From the IMG/VR virus record IMGVR_UViG_3300031578_000005, positions 32,001 to 96,000 of that record: a DNA stretch of 64,000 bases, one strand, 5' to 3'. Of the stretch, positions 29,977-40,168 are shown in pieces. The DNA is from a virus. Both the position numbers and the translations under genes were made by a program. How positions within the stretch are numbered: the stretch's first letter is position 1; each line of letters begins with the position of its first letter. Under the pieces are notes generated by a model. The model was given only the letters and a program-made list of their open reading frames with translations, was not told where the DNA came from and ran no database searches.

Positions 29977-30299
29977 ATGGAAAATGAAATGAGAAAACTG
30001 ATTGACCAAGTTAAGAATTTTGGTAAATCATTAAACGAAAATGTTGGTAATACAACATACGCAATATATTTAGGAACTGATATTATTTATAATCATTTAT
30101 CTAATGAAAGATTAAAATCAGTACTCTATTCATTGGTGAAGATTTAGGTGAAGATTTAGGTGATTACATTATTGTTCAAAACGGAACAAACCACACCAAA
30201 CCAGCAGATGAATTAGGATGGGATTTGTCAAACGTAAAACCTTTTGATAACATTAATTCACTACGTACCAAAATAGATAATATTGCCAACAGAATTTAA
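29977..30299 (+). pseudogene. second cassette ORF (MENEMRKLIDQVKNF), frameshifted
   Basis: stop at 30147 within GGTGAAGATTTA duplication; another frame runs on to TAA ~30299. Confidence 0.55.
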
Positions 30300-30503
30300 T
30301 TTTTTATTGTGGATTGGAGATTTTTAAAAGTTTTTGTAACAAAATGCTAATTAGAACGTATAATGTAGTATTGGTTATAACTATTATATATAAAACATAA
30401 CACTTAACTAATTGATTGTAAACATTAAAAACAAGTCAACTTTAGGAAAGTATAAAAAATTTTTTAAAGTTAAACGTAGTATTTAAAAATAATTTAAAAT
30501 TTT

Positions 30504-30545
30504 TGTAACATTTATTAGTTTATTACGTATTTATGATTAACTTTG
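30504..30545 (+). promoter_or_regulatory. composite promoter of tRNA cluster 3
   Basis: TGTAAC-N16-CGTATTTAT followed by TAACTTTG. Confidence 0.7.
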
Positions 30546-30565
30546 TAGAATTAAAATTTGAAATA

Positions 30566-30667
30566 ATGAAAAAAGGTAACACATATTATAAAAAGTATTA
30601 TTATAAACATTATGTTTGTAAGACTGGCAATACTGTGTTGTTATCTGAAAAGGAAACTGATAATTAA
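30566..30667 (+). CDS. leader peptide 3 MKKGNTYYKKYYYKHYVCKTGNTVLLSEKETDN
   Basis: 9 of codons 7-16 are Lys/Tyr; TAAGACTGG pairs with CCGGTCTTA. Confidence 0.85.
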   Translation: MKKGNTYYKKYYYKHYVCKTGNTVLLSEKETDN

Positions 30668-30684
30668 AGATAAACGATACTAAC

Positions 30685-30723
30685 AAAAAACCCGGTCTTA
30701 ATTTAATAAGACCGGGTTTTTTT
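30685..30723 (+). terminator. attenuator terminator 3
   Basis: AAAAAACCCGGTCTTA...TAAGACCGGGTTTTTTT. Confidence 0.88.
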
Positions 30724-30743
30724 ATGCTTATTTTCATTGTAAT

Positions 30744-30824
30744 TGGGTGGTAGGTAAGTGGTTAAAACGGATTGACTGTAAATCAATTGCTTCGGCTTCG
30801 GGGGTTCGAATCCCTCCCGCCCAA
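30744..30824 (+). tRNA. tRNA-Tyr(GTA)
   Basis: ATTGA-ctGTAaa-TCAAT; variable arm; GGTTCGAATCC. Confidence 0.88.
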
Positions 30825-30831
30825 CAATAAT

Positions 30832-30915
30832 GCATCCATGCCAGAGAGGTTATGGACTGGACTTTTAATCCAGACTCCGAACGGAGTAACGTAGATTCGA
30901 GTTCTACTGGATGCA
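30832..30915 (+). tRNA. tRNA-Lys(TTT) with long variable arm
   Basis: CTGGA-ctTTTaa-TCCAG; ACTCCG/CGGAGT extra stem. Confidence 0.7.
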
Positions 30916-30968
30916 CAGTGGGGACTGTTTATAATTTTCATAGTACATGAAAGCGTAGAAAATTAAAT

Positions 30969-31042
30969 GACTCCATAGCTCAATTGGTAGATGTAACTGG
31001 CCTTTAACCAGTGGGTTCTGGGTTCGAGTCCCAGTGGGGTCA
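30969..31042 (+). tRNA. tRNA-Lys(TTT)
   Basis: ACTGG-ccTTTaa-CCAGT; GGTTCGAGTCC. Confidence 0.85.
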
Positions 31043-31126
31043 CTAACTAAACTTTAATGAACTGAAGTTTTGTCAACCACCAATCATGATTAGGTTCATA
31101 GGCGGGGAAGATTTATAAGTTCAAAC

Positions 31127-31194
31127 GCCAACGATTCAGGGTATGGACGGCTCTGTAAAAGCCCAGCCTGAAGGTTCGAGTCCTTCCGGTGGCA
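31127..31194 (+). tRNA. non-canonical tRNA-Tyr(GTA) lacking a normal D arm
   Basis: GGCT-ctGTAaa-AGCC; GAAGG-TTCGAGT-CCTTC. Confidence 0.6.
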
Positions 31195-31325
31195 CAATGT
31201 TTAATTAAGTAGCTATCAATTTATTATGATAACTACTTAATTAAAATATTTAAATTACTTGCATTTTTATTTAAGATTAATTATCTTTGTTGAAAATAAC
31301 TTTATTTTAATGCTTATGTATAAAA

Positions 31326-32039
31326 ATGGCAAATAATAAAAAGAAAGTAACTACTGTAGTTACTACAACAACAGAAATCATTAATAATCCCATCAATGAA
31401 AAAACTCAAATAATCTGTATTCTTGATAGAAGTGGTTCTATGTCAAGTATTATGTCAGACAGTATTGGTGGATTTAATACTTTTCTTAAACAGCAAAAGG
31501 AATTAAAAGACGAAGCAACATTAACAATTGCATTATTTGATGACAAATATGAAATGCTTTATGATGATGTTGACATTAAAAAAGTTGATGAACTCACCAA
31601 TAAGATTTGGTATCCTCGTGGAACTACTGCATTATATGATGCAATTGGAAAGACAATTAATACCGTTAAAGCAAATCATTTAAAATCTGGCAACGAAAAA
31701 CCCACCAAAGTACTGGTATGTATTGTAACTGATGGACATGAAAATGCCAGTAGCGAATATGGACATGACATGATTAAAAAACTCATTAAAGATTGTGAAG
31801 ATGATGATTGGAATTTTATTTATTTTGGCGCAAACCAAGATGCATTTGCAGTAGGAAATTCACTTAATATTAGTGGAAATAATACATACACTTATACATC
31901 TACCAGTACTGGTGTTCAAGATATGTCATTTATATTAAGCAATACTGTAACTAGCTATCGTTCAATGAATACTAGTGATAGTAATTTTAAATATTCCTCC
32001 AAACATTTGATTGATTCAAAAAATAATGAAGATAATTAA
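31326..32039 (+). CDS. vWA domain protein
   Basis: ILDRSGSM MIDAS, TALYDAIG, VTDGHENAS. Confidence 0.88.
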   Translation: MANNKKKVTTVVTTTTEIINNPINEKTQIICILDRSGSMSSIMSDSIGGFNTFLKQQKELKDEATLTIALFDDKYEMLYDDVDIKKVDELTNKIWYPRGTTALYDAIGKTINTVKANHLKSGNEKPTKVLVCIVTDGHENASSEYGHDMIKKLIKDCEDDDWNFIYFGANQDAFAVGNSLNISGNNTYTYTSTSTGVQDMSFILSNTVTSYRSMNTSDSNFKYSSKHLIDSKNNEDN

Positions 32040-32050
32040 AATATTTCTTT

Positions 32051-33133
32051 TTGAAAAAATTAACGATTAAAGAAATGCAAGAAATTGCAAAAAAAAGGAA
32101 TGGAAAATGTTTAAGTAATGAATATATTAATATTGACACAAAATTAAGATGGAAATGCGATAAGGGACATGAATGGGAAACTATACCATATTTAATAAAA
32201 AAAGGATGTTGGTGTCCAGAATGTGCTAATAGAAAAAAACATACAATTGAAAAAATGCAAGAAATTGCAAAAAAACGAGATGGAGAATGCATAAGCAATG
32301 AATACATTAATCTGAATCTAAAATTAGAATGGAAATGTAATAAGGGTCATAAATGGAAAGCATCACCAATTAAAATAATTAAGGGTACTTGGTGTCCAGT
32401 ATGTAGTAGAGAACCTACATACACCATTAACGACATGAAAAAAATAGCTATTAATAGAAATGGAAAATGTTTAAGTAATGAATATGTAAATTCATCATCG
32501 AAATTAGAATGGGAATGTGAACATGGGCATAAATGGAAAGCATCTCCAAATCAAATTAAATCAAATAAAACTTGGTGTCCAATATGTTTTAAGAATAAAA
32601 CTATGAAAACTATTGAAGACGCTCACAATCTTGCAAAATTAAGAGAAGGTGAATGCTTAAGCAATAAATATATTAATGTTTTTCATAATCTAAAATGGAA
32701 ATGTAATAAAGGGCATGAGTGGAAGGCTGCATTTCATAATGTTGAGTCAGGTAATTGGTGTCCTATATGCAGAGAGTCTCGTGGCGAAAATAAAATTGCA
32801 ACATTTTTAAGAAAAAATAATATTCAATTTGAAAGACAAAAAACATTTGAAGAATGTAAAAACATTAGAAAATTACCATTTGATTTTTATTTGCCGAAAT
32901 ATAATATTTTGATTGAATTCGATGGTGAACAGCATTTTAATCCCAATTGTTATCATAATAAAAAATATGAGTTTTCGAAAATTAAAAATAATGACAATAC
33001 TAAAACTAATTTTTGTACTAGGAATAATATAATTTTAATTAGAATAAAATATGATGAAAAAAATATAGATAATTTTTTGTCAGAAAAATTTATTACTAAT
33101 TTTATTGATGATGACGATAAAAATCAAAAATAA
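32051..33133 (+). CDS. Zn-ribbon repeat endonuclease (Vsr/DUF559-like C-terminus)
   Basis: four WKCxxGHxW...WCPxC repeats; PFDFYLP...IEFDGEQH. Confidence 0.8.
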   Translation: MKKLTIKEMQEIAKKRNGKCLSNEYINIDTKLRWKCDKGHEWETIPYLIKKGCWCPECANRKKHTIEKMQEIAKKRDGECISNEYINLNLKLEWKCNKGHKWKASPIKIIKGTWCPVCSREPTYTINDMKKIAINRNGKCLSNEYVNSSSKLEWECEHGHKWKASPNQIKSNKTWCPICFKNKTMKTIEDAHNLAKLREGECLSNKYINVFHNLKWKCNKGHEWKAAFHNVESGNWCPICRESRGENKIATFLRKNNIQFERQKTFEECKNIRKLPFDFYLPKYNILIEFDGEQHFNPNCYHNKKYEFSKIKNNDNTKTNFCTRNNIILIRIKYDEKNIDNFLSEKFITNFIDDDDKNQK

Positions 33134-33153
33134 CTACAACTTATTTTATAATT

Positions 33154-33182
33154 AAAGGGATGCCACATGACATCCCTTTTTT
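33154..33182 (+). terminator. intrinsic terminator
   Basis: AAAGGGATG...CATCCCTTTTTT. Confidence 0.75.
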
Positions 33183-33324
33183 GTTAATTCTTTATTAACT
33201 AAACAGTTAAAAAAAACGAAAAAATTATTTTAAAATTATATACAAAATTTCTTTAATGTCTTGTATTTATTGAAACTAATCAATAAGTTTGTAAAAATAA
33301 TTTTTATAAAAATTAATAAAAAAA

Positions 33325-35955
33325 ATGAATGAAAAAAATCAAAAAAGTTATTCTTTAAATGAAATAAGAAAAGCAACGTTAGAATATTTTAACGGAGATG
33401 ATTTAGCTACTGATGTATGGATAAAAAAATATTGTTTAAAGGATGATAAAAATTATTATGAATTAACTCCCGATGATATGCATCGAAGACTTGCCAAAGA
33501 AATTGCAAGAATAGAACAAAAATACAAAAATCCTCTTACCGAAGAAGAAATCTACGCAACACTTAGGAATTTTAAACGAATCGTACCACAAGGATCGCCA
33601 ATGTCAGGTATTGGAAATGATTTTCAGGTAGTTTCACTAGGAAATTGCTTTGTTATTGGCTATAAAGCCGATTCTTATGGTGCCATTATGAAAGTCGATG
33701 AAGAACAAGCACAATTAATGAAAAGAAGAGGTGGTGTTGGACATGATTTATCATATATTCGTCCAGCGGGCACCCCAGTAAAAAATAGCGCAATAACAAG
33801 CACAGGTATTGTTCCTTTTATGGAAAGATATTCAAATACGACAAAAGAAGTGGCACAGGATGGTCGTCGTGGTGCATTGATGTTGTCAATCTCAATAAAT
33901 CACCCGGATTCTGAAGCATTTATTGATGCAAAAATGACCCAAGGAAAAATTACTGGAGCAAATATTTCGGTAAAAATTCACGATGATTTTATGAGAGCAG
34001 TTTTAACCGAGCAAGATTATTATCAAACATTTCCAATTAATTATGATATTTCTAGTTATACTGACCGGTCAAATCATCAATATAATGTACTAGAAGAACA
34101 TGTATTTGGCGACGATATTGTTTATATAAAACGTATTGATGCCAAAAAACTCTGGAATAAAATTATACACAACGCTTGGAAATCGGCAGAACCGGGAATA
34201 TTATTTTGGGACACATTAACCACAGAATCAGTACCATCTTGCTATGGTGTTGAGTTTGAGGAAGTTAGCACAAATCCTTGTGGCGAGCTTCCATTAACAC
34301 CATATGATAGTTGTCGATTATTAGCAATAAATTTATTTGGATACGTTATAAATCCATTTACTCCCGAAGCCAGTTTTAATTGGGGTTTATTTAAAGCGGA
34401 TGCAGTAATTGCCCAACGTTATATGGATGATATAATTGATTTAGAACTGGAAAAAATTGATAAAATCTTAGAAAAAATCGAGAATGATTCAGAATCAAAT
34501 GAAATTAAAACCGTTGAGAAAAACTTGTGGTTAAAGTTTAAAGAAAAGGCCATTCAAGGTCGTCGTACCGGTCTAGGAATAACGGCAGAAGGTGATATGC
34601 TTGCTGCATTAGGACTTAGATATGGAACAGATGAGGCAACTAACTTCGCAGAAGAAGTACATTTGCAATTAAAATTATGCGCTTATCGATCATCAGTTAT
34701 ATTAGCCAAAGAACGTGGTGCATTTCCAATTTATAGTTCAACAAATGAATTAAATAATCCATTTATCAAAAGAATTGCTGAAGAAGATTTGGAACTATAT
34801 CAAAGCATGATTATTTATGGCCGTAGAAATATTGCTTTACTAACAATTGCTCCGACTGGAACTGTGAGCCTTATGACGCAAACAACTTCAGGAATTGAAT
34901 CGGTTTTCTTACCCGTTTATAAACGTAGACGTAAAATTAATTCACAAGAGAAAAATATTAAAATTGACTACGTTGATGATGAAGGTATTGCTTGGCAAGA
35001 ATATGCAGTATTTCATCATAAATTTGAAATGTGGCTAGAAATAAATGGATATGACGTTAATGTTGTTAAATCTATGACAGATGAGCAACTAAATGAGATT
35101 ATAAAAAAATCTCCATACTATAAAGCAGCATCAAATGATGTTGATTGGATTAAAAAGGTCGAAATGCAAGGCAAAATTCAAAAACATATTGATCATTCAA
35201 TTTCAGTTACAGTTAATTTACCTAAAGACGTTAGTGAAGAAATTGTCTCCAATGTTTATGAAACTGGATGGAAAAGTAAATGTAAAGGAATTACAGTTTA
35301 TCGTGATGGTAGCCGTTCAGGAATATTAATTTCAGATAATGATAAAAAAGAAAAAGAAAAAATGGATGCATTACATGATATTCATGCACCAAAACGTCCA
35401 AAAAGATTAAAAGCGGAAATTCATCGTTTTCAAAATAATTTGGAAAAATGGATTGCCGTTGTTGGGATTAAAGATGGAAGACCTTATGAAATATTTACTG
35501 GTGTAAATGCTAATGGATTAACTAATTTACCAACTAATATTAAAGAATGCGAAGTAGTAAAAAATATAATCGAGACCGATGATTTAAATGAAAAGGGCGA
35601 TAAAATTAAAATCAAAAGATATGATATTGAATATATTGATAGTGATGGTATAAAGCAAATTCATACTGGTTTAAATCATGCATTCAATCCTGAATTTTGG
35701 AATTACGCTAAATTAATATCTGGAATTTTGAGACATGGTATGCCTATAGTATATGCCTATGAATTGGTTGATTCACTTAATTTTAAAGAAGACTATATTA
35801 ATACATGGAAAAATGGTGTTGCACGTGTTATTAAAAAGTTCATTAAAGAAGGTGAAAAAACAAAAGGTAAATGCCCTGAGTGTGGTGGTGAAGATTTTGA
35901 ATTTAAAGAAGGGTGTTTATTATGTCAAAAATGCGGGTGGTCAAAATGTTCCTAA
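33325..35955 (+). CDS. nrdJ: class II (B12-dependent) ribonucleotide reductase
   Basis: TNPCGE, TIAPTGTVS, DHSISVTVN, KGITVYRDGSR; C-terminal CxxC..EGC..CxxCGWSKC. Confidence 0.93.
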   Translation: MNEKNQKSYSLNEIRKATLEYFNGDDLATDVWIKKYCLKDDKNYYELTPDDMHRRLAKEIARIEQKYKNPLTEEEIYATLRNFKRIVPQGSPMSGIGNDFQVVSLGNCFVIGYKADSYGAIMKVDEEQAQLMKRRGGVGHDLSYIRPAGTPVKNSAITSTGIVPFMERYSNTTKEVAQDGRRGALMLSISINHPDSEAFIDAKMTQGKITGANISVKIHDDFMRAVLTEQDYYQTFPINYDISSYTDRSNHQYNVLEEHVFGDDIVYIKRIDAKKLWNKIIHNAWKSAEPGILFWDTLTTESVPSCYGVEFEEVSTNPCGELPLTPYDSCRLLAINLFGYVINPFTPEASFNWGLFKADAVIAQRYMDDIIDLELEKIDKILEKIENDSESNEIKTVEKNLWLKFKEKAIQGRRTGLGITAEGDMLAALGLRYGTDEATNFAEEVHLQLKLCAYRSSVILAKERGAFPIYSSTNELNNPFIKRIAEEDLELYQSMIIYGRRNIALLTIAPTGTVSLMTQTTSGIESVFLPVYKRRRKINSQEKNIKIDYVDDEGIAWQEYAVFHHKFEMWLEINGYDVNVVKSMTDEQLNEIIKKSPYYKAASNDVDWIKKVEMQGKIQKHIDHSISVTVNLPKDVSEEIVSNVYETGWKSKCKGITVYRDGSRSGILISDNDKKEKEKMDALHDIHAPKRPKRLKAEIHRFQNNLEKWIAVVGIKDGRPYEIFTGVNANGLTNLPTNIKECEVVKNIIETDDLNEKGDKIKIKRYDIEYIDSDGIKQIHTGLNHAFNPEFWNYAKLISGILRHGMPIVYAYELVDSLNFKEDYINTWKNGVARVIKKFIKEGEKTKGKCPECGGEDFEFKEGCLLCQKCGWSKCS

Positions 35956-35975
35956 TTTAATTCACATTTAATATT

Positions 35976-36006
35976 AAAAACTCTTGGAGATGTCCGGGAG
36001 TTTTTT
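35976..36006 (+). terminator. intrinsic terminator after nrdJ
   Basis: AAAAACTCTTGGA...TCCGGGAGTTTTTT. Confidence 0.7.
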
Positions 36007-36046
36007 ATTTTTACCTGAAATTTTATTGTAAATTAAATACTGAAAT

Positions 36047-36139
36047 ATGAAAGACTGGTTTGAAAGTAAAGGTCTTAAGGTTTTGACATACCAAACAGAC
36101 ACAATCGAAAAAGTTAATGAAAGTTTAAAATATGGGTAA
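36047..36139 (+). pseudogene. N-terminal remnant of a paralog of the IS607 cargo helicase
   Basis: MKDWFESKGLKVLTYQTDTIEKVNESL vs MNNQWFESRNLRVLTYQDTAITKVQESL. Confidence 0.75.
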
Positions 36140-36183
36140 GTATAGAGTAAAGATAACAGTAGCAGTTGACCCAAAAACTCAAG

Positions 36184-37107
36184 TTAATTAATTAATCCAT
36201 TATTAAGTTCATTAACAATATTTTGTTTATAATTTATACGCATTAATTTAATATTGTTTTCAATACAAAACTTATTTTTAATTTCATCATGTTTTTGAAT
36301 TAATATTAAATTGTCCACGCCCCCCCAAATCTTTTTAGGTATGAAATGTTGACTACCATCAAATTCAATACATATGTTATATTCGGGTAAATAAAAATCG
36401 AAAGGTAATGATCTATTATCTTTACATTCATCGAATCTCATTTGTTCTACAAAATTAATATTTTTTTCATTTAAATATTTAATTATAGTTAATTCACCCT
36501 TAGATTTTCTACAATTAGGACAACCACTGTTATTATGAATAAAATTACGGTAGACTGGATTCCATGTAAAATTACAATGAATACACTTAACATTCAACCT
36601 AACCTTTGCTCCAGAATACGAGCCACCAATAAAACCATTAAATTTATATTTTTTTTCACTACATATTTTATTAATAACATTAATTGCCGATTCTTCTGAC
36701 CTCATTAAGGTATTACCACATACTGGACAACCACTATTTTTAATAACGAAATTATTATAGTTTGGTTGCCAAATATGTCCGTCTTTTAAACATTTAACAT
36801 TAAATTTAGATTTTGTATTAATTTTTTCATTATTGAAACCAATAAATTCAAAATTTTTATCTGAACAAATTTTAATAATATCTGATTTAATTACATCCTT
36901 TGTTTTCTTTATTGTATTAGAGCATTTGGGGCATCCTGTTTTTTTTGAAATAAATGAAACATATGTGGGTTGCCAGATATGTAAATCTTTATTACATTGT
37001 AACATTAATTTACTTTTATTATTTTTATAGGTATTATTAACAAAACCTAAAAATGTGTAATTCATTTCCTCACACCTATCATTTATTTTATTTATTATAT
37101 TATCCAT
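36184..37107 (-). CDS. Zn-ribbon repeat endonuclease (Vsr/DUF559-like C-terminus)
   Basis: three GCPxC repeats; PFDFYLP..IEFDGSQH. Confidence 0.8.
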   Translation of the reverse strand: MDNIINKINDRCEEMNYTFLGFVNNTYKNNKSKLMLQCNKDLHIWQPTYVSFISKKTGCPKCSNTIKKTKDVIKSDIIKICSDKNFEFIGFNNEKINTKSKFNVKCLKDGHIWQPNYNNFVIKNSGCPVCGNTLMRSEESAINVINKICSEKKYKFNGFIGGSYSGAKVRLNVKCIHCNFTWNPVYRNFIHNNSGCPNCRKSKGELTIIKYLNEKNINFVEQMRFDECKDNRSLPFDFYLPEYNICIEFDGSQHFIPKKIWGGVDNLILIQKHDEIKNKFCIENNIKLMRINYKQNIVNELNNGLIN

Positions 37108-37258
37108 TTTTTATTAATATTTTATTTTCAACATCCATTTTCATTAAATATTTAATTCTTGTTGATATTTTCATTTGCATTTCAGATGCTTTTTTAGAAA
37201 AACTATTTTTTAATTCATCATCAATTTTAATTAATATTGTTTTTGTTTGCCGATTCAT
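37100..37258 (-). CDS. small ribbon-helix-helix-like protein (MNRQTKTILIKIDDELK...)
   Basis: 52 aa ORF after late motif, overlapping the endonuclease start; not in the ORF track. Confidence 0.55.
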   Translation of the reverse strand: MNRQTKTILIKIDDELKNSFSKKASEMQMKISTRIKYLMKMDVENKILIKNG

Positions 37259-37354
37259 AATAATCATTTTTTATAAATACTAAAAATATTTTGAAAAGTA
37301 TATACTTTATAATAAATAAATATATATATTTGCTAATATATTAATTATAAATTT

Positions 37355-39619
37355 ATGCTAATGAAAAAACATGTAAAATTTGATGAGAATTTTAATCTCA
37401 TTGCTCAGGAAATTAACAGTAAGACAACTATTGAAGTAGTTAAGAGTGTGAACCACATCATCATTATTGATGTTAGTGGGTCGATGTCATGGGATTTACC
37501 TGAAATTAGAAAAAATCTAAAAAACAAAATTTCTAATTTAATTAAAGGTGAAGATGACACAATTTCAATTATTTGGTTTTCGGGTAGAAATGATGCTGGT
37601 ATTTTAAAAGAAGAGATTCATGTGAACTCACTTAAACAGCTTAACGACTTAAATGATGCGATTGATAAATATTTAAAACCAGTTGGTTTAACTGCATTTA
37701 CTAAACCATTAGAACTTGCTAATGATATTATTGAACGTATTAGTAAAAATAATCAAGATGGATTGTTTTCGTTAATTTTTATGACTGATGGTTATTCTAA
37801 TAACGACATTTCATGGAATAACGTTAGAAACGCAGTAAAAGAAATATCACCTAAACTATCATCATCATTAGTTGTAGAATATGGGCATTATTGCGATACA
37901 AGAAAACTCATTGAAATTAGTGAACTTTTAGGGGGGGAGAAAATTGATTGCACTGGGTTTGAGGAATATGACATAGTAATTGCTAAGGGATTCACAAAAA
38001 AATTAAGTGGTGGTAAAAAGGTTGTTGTTGAAATAACCGATAAGCATCTATTTGATTTTGCATTTTCAATTGATAATGATGGTAGTGTTTTGGTATATAA
38101 TATCACAGACAATAAGATTATGGTTGGTGATAATGTTAATGAAATACATTTTTTCAGTGATAATGCTATTGGTGATGAAAATAATCATCAACACACAGCT
38201 TTATATGCAGCAATTTACTTACTTTCCGAACGATTCATGTCTGATGAAGCTGAAAAGGTATTTTACTCATTAGGTGATAATCATTATTATAAAATGTTAT
38301 CCAATGCATTTGGAAAACAAAAGCTCAATGAATTTAAAACAGCAATTAAAGAATGTGTTGCTGATGTATCAAAAAGATTTCCAGATGGTATTGCTAAAAT
38401 TCAACCAGTTAGTGATAATGCTTATTGTTTAATGAATCTTATTGAAGATTTGGGTAATATCGACAATTGTTTATTTTATCCTAATCATCCTGATTTTACT
38501 TATAATCGAATTGGTAGGAAAAAAATTGCTGTTGGCTCAACACTAACGGATGCAGATAAACAAAGACTTAATGAAGCCAAAAATATTGATGAGGCTTCGA
38601 CCATACTTAAAGAACTCGAAGAAAAGAAAGTCGATATTAAATTCATTAACTCCAATCCAGATAGAGGTTATTCATTAACTGATTTGGTTTGGAACGATTC
38701 TCGTTCCAATCTAAGTGTTCGAATTTATATTGAAGGTGAAGCAATTTTACCAAAAAATAATTTCAATATTGAAAAGGTTGCTTCATTCAAATATAATACA
38801 TTTACTTTAATTAAAGATGGTATCGTAAATGTTGAAAAACTACCAGTAAATTATTCATTGGAATTAATTTCTTTATTAAAGGCAAATGGTGTTAAATATG
38901 AGATTTATACAGCAAAGGATAACTTTGACAATACCGTTGTTATTGATCTTTCAAGTCTGCCTATCATTAACAGAGGCATGGTAAAGTCAATTTCAGCAAA
39001 TGATTTGGCAAATAAGGAATGGAACTTAATTAAATTACAGGGGGATAAAAAGGTATATGATTATTACAAAAAATCGTTATTTCCTAAAACAAGTAAATCT
39101 TTTACTGAATTACTTGGTCAAGAAGCTGCTGATTGGTTAAAGGAAATAGGAATTACCGATTTTAATGGGTTTGCACCCAAAGTAACTTCCGCAGAAGCTA
39201 CTGATTTTTATATGTCAGTTAATCTCACAACAAAAATCAAGGGATTGTCGAGTCTACCAAAAGTAGAAGATGTTGTAGCTAAAATTAAGGACAAAAAGCC
39301 ATTAAAATTAAATGAATGGATTATGTCTGATGCAATCATTAAATATAATTCTCAATTGGAATCTGATATGTATAAATCACTTTCAGCAGAACAACAATTG
39401 GGCGTATTAAAAACATATTTGGAAACTAAATCTGCTATGCTTAATAAAAAACGAAGAAAAGTTTTGCAGGAGATTGCAGAAATTAAATTCGCTTTGATTC
39501 TCAGCAAACGAAATTTTATTGAATTTAAAACGTTTGATGAAAACACACTCAACATTAAATTAGATGATCAGGAGCTAACATTTACTTTCGAATTTAGTGA
39601 AAAAGAAGAAAAGATATAA
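37355..39619 (+). CDS. large vWA domain protein
   Basis: IIDVSGSM, FMTDG. Confidence 0.8.
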   Translation: MLMKKHVKFDENFNLIAQEINSKTTIEVVKSVNHIIIIDVSGSMSWDLPEIRKNLKNKISNLIKGEDDTISIIWFSGRNDAGILKEEIHVNSLKQLNDLNDAIDKYLKPVGLTAFTKPLELANDIIERISKNNQDGLFSLIFMTDGYSNNDISWNNVRNAVKEISPKLSSSLVVEYGHYCDTRKLIEISELLGGEKIDCTGFEEYDIVIAKGFTKKLSGGKKVVVEITDKHLFDFAFSIDNDGSVLVYNITDNKIMVGDNVNEIHFFSDNAIGDENNHQHTALYAAIYLLSERFMSDEAEKVFYSLGDNHYYKMLSNAFGKQKLNEFKTAIKECVADVSKRFPDGIAKIQPVSDNAYCLMNLIEDLGNIDNCLFYPNHPDFTYNRIGRKKIAVGSTLTDADKQRLNEAKNIDEASTILKELEEKKVDIKFINSNPDRGYSLTDLVWNDSRSNLSVRIYIEGEAILPKNNFNIEKVASFKYNTFTLIKDGIVNVEKLPVNYSLELISLLKANGVKYEIYTAKDNFDNTVVIDLSSLPIINRGMVKSISANDLANKEWNLIKLQGDKKVYDYYKKSLFPKTSKSFTELLGQEAADWLKEIGITDFNGFAPKVTSAEATDFYMSVNLTTKIKGLSSLPKVEDVVAKIKDKKPLKLNEWIMSDAIIKYNSQLESDMYKSLSAEQQLGVLKTYLETKSAMLNKKRRKVLQEIAEIKFALILSKRNFIEFKTFDENTLNIKLDDQELTFTFEFSEKEEKI

Positions 39620-39639
39620 TTTGCATTAACATTACAATT

Positions 39640-39673
39640 AAAATCCTCAAATATAATTATTTGAGGATTTTTT
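39640..39673. terminator. intrinsic terminator
   Basis: AAAATCCTCAAATA...TATTTGAGGATTTTT. Confidence 0.75.
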
Positions 39674-39945
39674 ATTTTAAGATGTGATGATGTTAGCTTA
39701 ACATATGTCATATATTATTCAAGTAATTAGATATAAACAAATATATATGATACATTTATTGTTGCAAACATTTACAGTTATAGTTATATTTAGCACAACC
39801 ATTAATATTTGTCTGGTTAATGGTTGTGCTATTAAACTTAATGCTAATTTAGTCTTCTATGAAGAAAAAGATTCAATAATATTTAATCGTAATATATTGA
39901 CAACCAGAGTAAATTAATTATTATTATAAAATAATTTAAAAAAAG

Positions 39946-39987
39946 TTTGCAGATATTGTAACATTTACTAACTTTGTTACGTATTTA
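39946..39987 (+). promoter_or_regulatory. composite promoter of tRNA cluster 4
   Basis: near-identical to 19489-19530. Confidence 0.78.
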
Positions 39988-40019
39988 GATGAAACGAATT
40001 AAGAAAATTGAATAATTTT

Positions 40020-40145
40020 ATGAAAACATTAACGATAAATATAAACATTTCTACATCGACATCAAGTCGCATTGGAGACTCTATATTCTGTTCAAATTTT
40101 AATGGCAGAATTGGAAACATTTTATCGGGTTTTAGTTTTTATTAA
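40020..40145 (+). CDS. leader peptide 4 MKTLTININISTSTSSRIGDSIFCSNFNGRIGNILSGFSFY
   Basis: 35 of 39 codons after MK are T/I/N/S/R/G/F/C; TCGGGTTTT pairs with AAAACCCGA. Confidence 0.85.
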   Translation: MKTLTININISTSTSSRIGDSIFCSNFNGRIGNILSGFSFY

Positions 40146-40168
40146 ATATAAAAGCACTAAATAAATTC

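Noticed and set aside
33325-35955. Intron or intein in nrdJ (also checked terminase)
   Set aside because: Continuous frames with motifs at expected spacing and no intein-like insert.
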